From assembly GCA_046290225.1 (NCBI GenBank), contig JBKAGE010000063.1, positions 1 to 47,166 on the forward strand: DNA of 47,166 nt, given 5' to 3'. Under the pieces are notes generated by a model. That model was given only the letters and a program-made list of their open reading frames with translations. It made no database searches and was not told where the DNA came from. Positions 1 through 7,440 of this stretch are shown piece by piece. The stretch is from Bradymonadia bacterium. GTDB taxonomy: Bacteria; Myxococcota_A; Bradymonadia; UBA7976; UBA1532. Position 1 is the first letter of the stretch. Each line of letters starts with the position of its first letter. Made by a program: the position numbers and the translations under genes.

Positions 1-330
1 GTAAACCATGCACCATCATTCCCTCATTCGCTCCCAGTCTGGAACCCTAAATCTTCACTATCAACCGCGGGTGGCTACTCGACACACCAGCTGAACGGTT
101 ACTCATAGACAACAACCTTCAGAAGAATCTGAGTTCCTCTTCTCCTCAATACCCGTGAAACATACTGTCTCAAAGCAAACGACAGACCTGAAGGCGCGCA
201 GGACCCGGCACACCCAAGCCTGACATAGTTCACAAAACGAAATCATTCATTAATCCCGTTTCAATTCCAGAAACCCTAACCAGGAGCCACACTACAAACA
301 CACCTCAAAACACCAGGGAGCGAACGCGAA

Positions 331-1173
331 ATGCGCAACATCTTCAACATGGCCGCACTGAGTCTATTGTCCATCAGCCTCTCCACCATGGCACACTCAA
401 CGCCAGGCAAGGTGAGTGAGCGTGTCGAAGCAGCACCGCACCATGGCCAGAAAGCCAGGGGCAACATCTTGATGATCGCCGCCAACCCGTCCACCTCCAA
501 ACAGACTGGCTGGCCCATCGGCTTCTGGGCTGCGGAGTTGACGCACCCGTATCACGAGTTCGCCCAGGCGGGTTACACCGTGACCATCGCCAGCCCCGAG
601 GGTGGCAAGATCGAGTTCGACGGCTACAGCGATCCACGGCACGAGAGTGGGTACTCCAAACATGATCTGCTCAGCCTCGGCTTCATCAACTCGCCGGAGC
701 TGATGGCCCTTACTCAAAACACCAAAAAGCTGAGCGACATCAACCCCAAGGCGTATGACGCAGTCTTCCTCGTCGGGGGCCAGTCGCCCATGTACACGTT
801 CCGAAACAACGACGAGCTCATGACCTTCTTTGCCAAATTCTACGAGTCTGGCAAACCGTCGGCCGCCGTGTGCCACTCCACCGCCATTCTGTTGGACACA
901 AAGCTGAGCAATGGTGAGCTATTGGTGCGTGGGAAGACCTGGACTGGCTTCGCTGACGCCGAGGAAGCCTATGCCGACAAGGCAGTGGGTCGACGGATTC
1001 AGCCCTACTGGATCGAGACCGAGGCTCGGAAGATCAAACACACGCGCTTCCAGGTCAAAGGGGCCTTCACGCCCTATGCGATCGCCGACGGAAACCTGAT
1101 CACCGGGCAGCAGCAGAACTCCGGCGCCGCGGCCGCTCGTCTCGTGCTCGAGCAGCTCGAGGCGAAGCGCTGA
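331..1173 (+). CDS. DJ-1/PfpI (type 1 glutamine amidotransferase-like, Hsp31/glyoxalase III-like) protein with probable signal peptide
   Basis: Motifs GFWAAELTHPY (conserved Glu), YDAVFLVGGQSPM, AAVCHST (nucleophile-elbow Cys-His) and DGNLITGQQ. Hydrophobic N-terminus ending STMA. GGGAG RBS upstream. Confidence 0.9.
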   Translation: MRNIFNMAALSLLSISLSTMAHSTPGKVSERVEAAPHHGQKARGNILMIAANPSTSKQTGWPIGFWAAELTHPYHEFAQAGYTVTIASPEGGKIEFDGYSDPRHESGYSKHDLLSLGFINSPELMALTQNTKKLSDINPKAYDAVFLVGGQSPMYTFRNNDELMTFFAKFYESGKPSAAVCHSTAILLDTKLSNGELLVRGKTWTGFADAEEAYADKAVGRRIQPYWIETEARKIKHTRFQVKGAFTPYAIADGNLITGQQQNSGAAAARLVLEQLEAKR

Positions 1174-1177
1174 GTCC

Positions 1178-1798
1178 ATGGTGGCCTCACGGTTCATCGC
1201 GCCCCTGTTGATGTGGGCGCTGCTCACGTCGACACACGCCAAGGCTCAGAGTGTGGAGGCAATGGGTGGCACAGAGAGAATGTTTTTTGATGTGCAGTTT
1301 CTCGAAATGCTCACGACCGCCCCCGCCATGGTCTCACTGTTCAGCCGCACTCGAATGACAGTGGACTACGACAACAACACAGACATGCTGAGCGGCCTGT
1401 ATCTCAGCGTGACCAGCCCCTGGAAAATCGGTCTGACCGCGGTGGGCTCTGTTCGACCCCAAGCAGCAGGTGGAGAAGGTGGCATCCATCTGCTTCACAC
1501 ACAGGGCGGGCTGACGGTCTTTGCGCTGGTGTCGACGGAGTTCACGTCAGAGCGCGGGGTGAGCTTCTTCTCCATCACCCGCTATCGTCACCCCATCACT
1601 GAGCGGTGGCAGCTGTACTCATCTGCCGAGCTCTATACGCTGTGGCGAGAGCAGGCACATGTGGCCAGCGTCGAGCGAGCCCGCTTGGGGGTTGAGTGGG
1701 AAGGTTGGGCCTTTGGTGGCGCGCTGAACCTGGGGCAATACGGCGTTGACTGGAAAACAGACGTCAACCCTGGCGCTTTCGTGCGGAAAACGTTCTGA
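1178..1798 (+). CDS. Hypothetical exported protein, probable outer-membrane beta-barrel
   Basis: Signal peptide ending AKA, alternating amphipathic strands, C-terminal GAFVRKTF ending in Phe. Starts 4 bp after the DJ-1 stop. Confidence 0.6.
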   Translation: MVASRFIAPLLMWALLTSTHAKAQSVEAMGGTERMFFDVQFLEMLTTAPAMVSLFSRTRMTVDYDNNTDMLSGLYLSVTSPWKIGLTAVGSVRPQAAGGEGGIHLLHTQGGLTVFALVSTEFTSERGVSFFSITRYRHPITERWQLYSSAELYTLWREQAHVASVERARLGVEWEGWAFGGALNLGQYGVDWKTDVNPGAFVRKTF

Positions 1799-1860
1799 TC
1801 ACGCCACGCTCAACTCATACGCTGAGCATCACAGCCGATCGTAGATCGACACAGTACCCG

Positions 1861-2805
1861 TCACCGTCGGGGGATCTTTCTGATACGCGCTTTGTAGGCC
1901 TTCATCTGCGCCTCGTCCATGAGGTTGCCATGGAAGCTGAACTCCTTCTTGAGCATGAAGGGCTTCATCTCGAAGAGAGATTCTGGGAGCTCGGTCAGCT
2001 GATTGTTCTCCAGAGTCATCAAACCCACGTTCTTCAACTCGCCAATCCGCTCTGGCAGCACCTCGAGTTGATTGTCCGCGAGCCAGAGTAAACGCAGCTG
2101 ACTGAGATCACAGATCGAGTCTGGTAAGCGTGTGAGGCGGTTCGACCCCCATGATCCCAACACGAGCCGAGTGAGTGCAGTCAACCTGCCGATGTCGTCT
2201 GGCAAGGTAGAGAGCGCAGTGTTGTAGATCTCCAGCGTCTCGAGGGTGCTCAGGGCCGTGATGGTCTCAGGCAGAACCTCGAGGTCGTGACAATCGCAGA
2301 TGGTAAGCGACTTGAGGGCGACCATCTCACCCAGCTCATCCGGCAGCCGCGAGAGGGACGCCGAGTTGATGGTGAGCCTGTTGAGTCCTGATGACTTGAT
2401 CGACGGAGAGATCTCACCGATGCGCGTCGCCACGAGCGAGAGCGTCCCCAACGTTGGGTGAGCCCAGACGCTATCTGGCAAGGCTTCGATGGGGCATGAC
2501 TCGATCTGCAGAGATTTGAGCAGGGAGCGCCGGCCCAGGCTCTCCGGGAGACTCTTCAGGCTCTGACATCTCTTGATGGACACTCGCTCCAGGGTCTCCT
2601 GGGCGGCGAGCGCTTCGGGAAGATGTGTCAGGGCACAATCGCTCAGCTTGATGTGCTTCAGTCCGGTGAGGTCCAGCACCTCGTCGGGCAGCTCGGGGTC
2701 GGGATGGCCATCTAGAACGAGCGCCCCTTCTGCCCTGGCCGTCTCGATGATCTTGGACAGACGCTCACTGGCTGTGAGCCTTCGCTTTTGGGTGGGCACG
2801 ACCAA
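1861..2805 (-). CDS. Leucine-rich repeat protein
   Basis: Repeated ~23-aa LPxxIGxLxxLxxLxLxxNxLxxL units (e.g. LPDSICDLSQLRLLWLADNQLEVLPERIGELKNV). Confidence 0.9.
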   Translation of the reverse strand: MVVPTQKRRLTASERLSKIIETARAEGALVLDGHPDPELPDEVLDLTGLKHIKLSDCALTHLPEALAAQETLERVSIKRCQSLKSLPESLGRRSLLKSLQIESCPIEALPDSVWAHPTLGTLSLVATRIGEISPSIKSSGLNRLTINSASLSRLPDELGEMVALKSLTICDCHDLEVLPETITALSTLETLEIYNTALSTLPDDIGRLTALTRLVLGSWGSNRLTRLPDSICDLSQLRLLWLADNQLEVLPERIGELKNVGLMTLENNQLTELPESLFEMKPFMLKKEFSFHGNLMDEAQMKAYKARIRKIPRR

Positions 2806-2871
2806 TCTCCAGCACGGTAGGACGTGTGCTGGAGGCTACCTGCTCTCAGGTCTTGGGCACAGAGAAACGGG

Positions 2872-3300
2872 TCACGGCCACTTCGCGCCGTTCATGCCCA
2901 TGCTGAGGCGCTCCAGAGACAGCTCGGTGTTGCTGATCACCGCCGCGATGATCGCGTCGGTCTCTTCAAAGCGTGACACCATGAACTTCAGCTTCTTACC
3001 GCCCTTGGTCACGGCGCACAGGTTGCGGGCCACGTGACCGCCGTTGATGGCCTGACCGAAGGGTGCGTCCACCTGAATCTCAAGCAGGCCGATCCGAGCA
3101 AGATCGTTGAAATCCCAACGGCTCGCCGTCAGCCCGAAGCCGCGGATCGTCATGCCCTTCGCATCGATCTCCAGGCGCCCGCTGCGCTTGACCAGGAAGA
3201 AGATCCCTACGGGGATCGTGATGACGAGAATCAGGAGCATGATCCCCAGGGCAGTCGCCCACTTGGTCACGCCTTTTTTGAACGAATATGCGTTTTGCAT
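2872..3300 (-). CDS. Small membrane protein: N-terminal TM segment followed by a possible PH-like beta domain
   Basis: Hydrophobic stretch WATALGIMLLILVITIPVGIFFLV. Strong RBS (GGAGGAGAGAG) before ATG. Divergent from the LysR gene. Confidence 0.65.
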   Translation of the reverse strand: MQNAYSFKKGVTKWATALGIMLLILVITIPVGIFFLVKRSGRLEIDAKGMTIRGFGLTASRWDFNDLARIGLLEIQVDAPFGQAINGGHVARNLCAVTKGGKKLKFMVSRFEETDAIIAAVISNTELSLERLSMGMNGAKWP

Positions 3301-3357
3301 CTCTCTCCTCCCGTGCTCGAAGGCGTCTGTACTAACCGGAACGCTGGTGAAGCAGGC

Positions 3358-3380
3358 ATTGCAACTTTGCGAGATGCAAT
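3358..3380. promoter_or_regulatory. Probable LysR-type operator in divergent promoter region
   Basis: Inverted repeat ATTGCA-N11-TGCAAT (3358-3380) overlapping TTGC-N5-GCAA (3367-3379, a T-N11-A box), between the divergent genes starting at 3300 and 3476. Confidence 0.5.
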
Positions 3381-3475
3381 TGCGATTGTGCTACAAGACA
3401 GTCACCGGCGTGTAACACGTTGTCGTTGAAGGGTTTGACCCAACATAGCCGACGCCGAGCAGTAGGAGAGCGCAA

Positions 3476-4321
3476 GTGAACTGGAACGACGTGCGTTATC
3501 TCGAGGCCCTCGCCCGCCACGACTCAGTGGCCGCCGTCGCTCGGGAAATGGCCGTCGCCCCATCCACTGTGTATCGATGCATCGCCCGGCTCGAAGCAGC
3601 CCTCGACGCACCCTGCATCGTACGTGGGACCGACGCCGTGGTCCTGACGCCTGCGGGCCGGGTACTCGTCACTGCAGCGCGGAATGCCCAAGCCGAGTTC
3701 GCAAAAGCCCAGGCCATGGCGAAGGCCAGCCAGGCCTCAGCCTCTGGACGCGTCAGCCTCACCACCATCGTGGATTTTCTGCCATTCCTGGTCGCCCCCA
3801 TCGCCCAGGTGCGTCAAGCGCACTCGGAGTTGGAGATCGAGGTCTATCTGGCAGACGACGGCCCCAGCGTGCGCCGGCGGGAGGTCGATTTGTCGATCGC
3901 GGTGATCCAGCATCCACCTGACGGGCTGGTCGGGCGACGACTCGCTCCAGTAAGTTATGGCGTCTATGGCACCCGAGAGGCAGTCGAGCGACGGCCCCAT
4001 CGCTGGGTCGTCTCGGGCAAGCCCAGACTCTACACACCAGACGCCAGATGGGAGCGTGAGCATGCAGGCGAGGTCGCCGTGATCACTGGCAACCCCACCG
4101 CCCACATCGCCTTCTTGCGCGCTGGCCTGGGGATCGGGCGGCTGCCTCGACGTCTGGCTCGCCTCGAGCCGACACTTGTCGAGGTCGAGTCCTACCGTGA
4201 GCACCTCGCTGAGTATGATCGAGACGTCTGGCTGCTCTACCATCCCGACGCACGACACACCGCGCGTGTACGCATCGTCTGCGACGCGCTCTACACCGCC
4301 CTGGCCGGCGGAGAGTTTTGA
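3476..4321 (+). CDS. LysR family transcriptional regulator
   Basis: N-terminal HTH MNWNDVRYLEALARHDSVAAVAREMAVAPSTVYRCIARLEAAL...LTPAG. C-terminal substrate-binding domain (RREVDLSI, GLGIGRLP, VWLLYHPD). AGGAG RBS before GTG. Confidence 0.92.
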   Translation: MNWNDVRYLEALARHDSVAAVAREMAVAPSTVYRCIARLEAALDAPCIVRGTDAVVLTPAGRVLVTAARNAQAEFAKAQAMAKASQASASGRVSLTTIVDFLPFLVAPIAQVRQAHSELEIEVYLADDGPSVRRREVDLSIAVIQHPPDGLVGRRLAPVSYGVYGTREAVERRPHRWVVSGKPRLYTPDARWEREHAGEVAVITGNPTAHIAFLRAGLGIGRLPRRLARLEPTLVEVESYREHLAEYDRDVWLLYHPDARHTARVRIVCDALYTALAGGEF

Positions 4322-4325
4322 GATC

Positions 4326-4760
4326 ATGCACACCCCCGAAGACTCAGACATCAGACGCCTGAAGACCGCCATGACATGGTTTGGTCTCTCTGAAGCATCA
4401 CTGGCCGAGATGTTGGAGCTGACCCCTGAAGCTGTCGCTGATGGCCTGGTGCAGATCGAGCGCGAGAACATCTGGCCTGAAGAAATGGCCCCTGTGGAGA
4501 TCGCCGACGTGCTCGGCCTCGAGCCCGAGCAGCTCGTCAAGGGTGGGCCGGCCCTGCGGCTGGGCAGCTACCCCGTGGACAACATGACGATCGACTTCGA
4601 CTACCGAGAGGGTGACTTACCCACTGGAGAGGCGCGGCTGTCGAACATCCGAGAGTCAGTGCTCGTAATGCTCGAGGTGCTGGGTAAAATGAGCGAGCAG
4701 ATCTCCTCAGCCTACTTCGAGGTCGGCCTGGATCACCCTGTCTCTCCAAAGAGCGACTGA
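4326..4760 (+). CDS. Hypothetical protein with possible N-terminal XRE-like HTH
   Basis: In-frame ATG at 4326, just after the LysR stop (the ORF-track start at 4176 overlaps LysR). Pattern RLKTAMTWFGLSEASLAEMLELTPEAV...IADVLGLEPEQL resembles an XRE HTH. Confidence 0.5.
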   Translation: MHTPEDSDIRRLKTAMTWFGLSEASLAEMLELTPEAVADGLVQIERENIWPEEMAPVEIADVLGLEPEQLVKGGPALRLGSYPVDNMTIDFDYREGDLPTGEARLSNIRESVLVMLEVLGKMSEQISSAYFEVGLDHPVSPKSD

Positions 4761-4798
4761 GCGTCACGCTGTCAGACCTCGCTGCCAGTGCCAACCGG

Positions 4799-5587
4799 TT
4801 ACTTCAAACGCTTGATGATGGCCCGCAGCGTCGAGGCGGGCTGGATGGCCATGTACAGGAAGCCATCGTCCTCTGCAGCACCTGCCCGGAGGGGCTCTGG
4901 GAGCCGGCCAGTGTCGTAGTTGAGGAACCCGGCGCCGAGCACCACGACGCCATCGAACAACCACACCCCAGCGGCCACACCGAAGTCGACCTTCAGCGAG
5001 CCATCGAAGTCTGGTGCCACTGCAGGAGAGTTCGGGTTTGACGGATCGACTGGTTTCCGGGCCTCTTTGACGAGCTGGCTGTCATCGTCCAGATCGTTGA
5101 CATGCTCTGGGATGTATAGGAGCTGAATCCCAGCCCACCCCTCGAAGATGGCGAGCGACACACCAAAGCTCGCCGTGCTGAGCAACCTGCTGTTGGAGAA
5201 GCTGTTGTCTCCGAACTGAGAGACGAAGCCGAGCTGAGGCTCTACGAGGAACCGTATCCCCGGCATCCACGCGTCCTCTGACCAACAGACAGTACCGCTG
5301 TCTTCGCACCAAACCTCGGAGGAGAAGTCGATGGGGGTCTCGGCGGGCTTCTCTCGGGGCTTCTCGGGCAGCTCTGGCAGCTCGACCAGGCCACGCCCTC
5401 GACGGCCATCTTCAGGTCCCCGACTTGTGCGGGGTGCGGCGAAAGATCCCGAAGATGGCGCCCCCCCGCTCACGCCTTCGAGCAGACCACCCGGGCCGTG
5501 AGCGGGCACCTCTGTGAGCGGGCTCTGGGCCTGTGAAGGCGACGCGAGCGCCAACACACCGATGATCCCCAGACAGTTCCAATTCAT
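4799..5587 (-). CDS. Hypothetical exported protein, possible beta-barrel C-terminal domain
   Basis: Likely start MNWNCLGIIGVLALASPSQA (signal peptide; the ORF extends to 5698). Pro/Gly-rich linker, then aromatic/Gly-rich beta-strands. Confidence 0.55.
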   Translation of the reverse strand: MNWNCLGIIGVLALASPSQAQSPLTEVPAHGPGGLLEGVSGGAPSSGSFAAPRTSRGPEDGRRGRGLVELPELPEKPREKPAETPIDFSSEVWCEDSGTVCWSEDAWMPGIRFLVEPQLGFVSQFGDNSFSNSRLLSTASFGVSLAIFEGWAGIQLLYIPEHVNDLDDDSQLVKEARKPVDPSNPNSPAVAPDFDGSLKVDFGVAAGVWLFDGVVVLGAGFLNYDTGRLPEPLRAGAAEDDGFLYMAIQPASTLRAIIKRLK

Positions 5588-5754
5588 GCAGCGCTTCCTG
5601 ACACCTGAGCCTCTTCGGCTCGAGAACACACCGACCAAGAGCAGGAGAGCAACCTCTCCGAGATGCAGCGCTGCGGCGCTGCGTTCACCGTCATACAACA
5701 GATGACCCCCACATATTCTGATGAGTTGGGCTGTGGCCCCTCAACACGGACTCG

Positions 5755-6249
5755 ATGCGTATGCCCAGATCGCTCTACCCCATCACTCCTGAACTCTTCA
5801 CCGCACCCCGACCACGGGGCAACCCATGGCTCGAAGACGAGCTGCTGCACTGGCAACGTGTGGGCATCCGCACCATCGTCTGCCTGCTGACCCCACCAGA
5901 GCTCGCCGAGCTCGGCCTCACCGACGCACCCCACCTCGCTCGCCACCTCCGCCTCGAATACATCAGCCACCCCATCCCCGACCGCGGATTGCCGCCGGAC
6001 GCCAGGCAAATACGGGCCCTCGCCGCCCAGCTGGCGAATCAGTCTGGCGTGGTCTGTCACTGCCGACAGGGCATCGGCCGGGCGTCGCTGATGGCTGCGT
6101 GCATCCTGTTGTACCAAGGCTACTCAGCTGTTGAAGCGTGGACCCTCATCGAGGAAGCTCGGGGCCGACCAGTGCCTGACACCCCGAGCCAACGCCAGTG
6201 GATCCACGACACTGAGGCGTGGCTTCGTATGATGGAGCATTTCGGATGA
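5755..6249 (+). CDS. Cys-based protein tyrosine / dual-specificity phosphatase family protein
   Basis: P-loop HCRQGIGRA (HCxxGxGR), general-acid loop HPIPDRGLP, C-terminal VPDTPSQRQW. Confidence 0.88.
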   Translation: MRMPRSLYPITPELFTAPRPRGNPWLEDELLHWQRVGIRTIVCLLTPPELAELGLTDAPHLARHLRLEYISHPIPDRGLPPDARQIRALAAQLANQSGVVCHCRQGIGRASLMAACILLYQGYSAVEAWTLIEEARGRPVPDTPSQRQWIHDTEAWLRMMEHFG

Positions 6250-6770
6250 GCAAGCGCTTCAACCCCGTGGTCAATGTCGATGATATCCAAGAAGAGTTCA
6301 GTGATGGTGGGGGCTGCTTCAAACATGGCTACCGTGTACTCACCCCACAGATGGGTTACGAGCGCACGAACCTGAACCTCAGCCGCCTGCCTCCCAAGTG
6401 CGTCGCGGTGCCTTTTCACGCGCATCAGCGCGATGACGAGATTTTCTACATTCTCTCTGGTCGGGGTGTCTTGCGATATGGCGACGAGATTCACCCACTG
6501 CGCCCTGGAGACTGCGTCAGTTGCCCTGCAGGCAGCGGGATCGCCCACCAGGTCGGCAACCCCTATGACGAGGATCTCATCTACCTCGCCATCGGCGGGA
6601 ATGATCCGGACGAGGTGGTGCAGCTCCCCGACAGCGGCAAGATCATGATCCGCAGCCTGAAGGCCATCGGTGAGTTGACGCCCAGAGGTCGCAGCGAGGG
6701 TGAGCCAGACTGGCCACGGGTTTTCGAGATGTTCGCGCAGCAAAAGGACACAGTAGAGAAGCTTACCTGA
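6246..6770 (+). CDS. Cupin domain protein
   Basis: Motifs PFHAHQRDDEIFYILSGRG and LRPGDCVSCPAGSGIAHQVGN. ATG at 6246 overlaps the phosphatase stop (ATGA). Confidence 0.88.
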   Translation: MSKRFNPVVNVDDIQEEFSDGGGCFKHGYRVLTPQMGYERTNLNLSRLPPKCVAVPFHAHQRDDEIFYILSGRGVLRYGDEIHPLRPGDCVSCPAGSGIAHQVGNPYDEDLIYLAIGGNDPDEVVQLPDSGKIMIRSLKAIGELTPRGRSEGEPDWPRVFEMFAQQKDTVEKLT

Positions 6771-6792
6771 ACGCAGTCATGCAGATTGTGGC

Positions 6793-7281
6793 TGAAGCCC
6801 TGGTAGGCAGTCATCGCTTCGCTCTGCCTGCGTAGGCAGCTTTGTCGGCCGGCCTTCGGCCCGCCTTGGAGCTGCGTACACGTCGGCACGCTCGCTGAGG
6901 CGAGCAGGCCTCCGGGTAGGCAGGGTCGCTCAAGGCTTCGCCTTGTTTGCTCGCTCCCCTGCGTAAAAAGTCAGTTCTGGTGTGGCTCCAAAGTGCTTCC
7001 AATGCTGTTGGGGCTTACGCCGAACGCTGAAGCTCAGAGGCTTGTAAGTTCGCGGTAGGTCGAATCCCGGCAGGCATCATCAACAAGAGACAGAAGAAGC
7101 TCTTTACGCAGGGGAGCGAGCAAACAATGCGTCAGCATTGAGCGACCCTGCCTACCCGGAGGCCTGCTCGCGACAGCGAGCGTGGCGACGTGTACGCGCC
7201 AGACGAGGCTGTCCGAAGGACTGCCGAAGGCCCGGCGCCTACGCAGGCAGAGCGAAGCGATGACTGCCTACCAGGGCTTCA
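6793..7281. repeat. Long intergenic inverted repeat (arms ~6793-6970 and ~7100-7281, ~130-bp spacer); REP/REPIN- or MITE-like
   Basis: The outer 45 bp (TGAAGCCCTGGTAGGCAGTCATCGCTTCGCTCTGCCTGCGTAGGC) are the exact reverse complement of 7237-7281. Further near-perfect blocks continue to CCCCTGCGTAAA / TTTACGCAGGGG. Several GTAG-plus-hairpin motifs per arm. Confidence 0.93.
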
Positions 7282-7440
7282 CGACTCCACCCGGGAAAAC
7301 GTAGGCTCACGCCAGCACATCAGCAGTAGCCACCTGAACGCTTCCCAACCAAAAAAGAGTGAAGGCGTAATGTGCGTAGTGCCCTTGCAGAACACCCAAG
7401 GGCGCTGAGAAGCTCCACGCGGGGAATCAATCGGAGAGAC

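Noticed and set aside
7015..7080. Intact tRNA gene
   Set aside because: A cloverleaf cannot be built (no D or anticodon stems). Kept only as a low-interest remnant hypothesis.
6811..7408. Short ORFs (63 and 72 aa) across the large palindrome
   Set aside because: No motifs. The variation between arms follows hairpin structure rather than codon structure.
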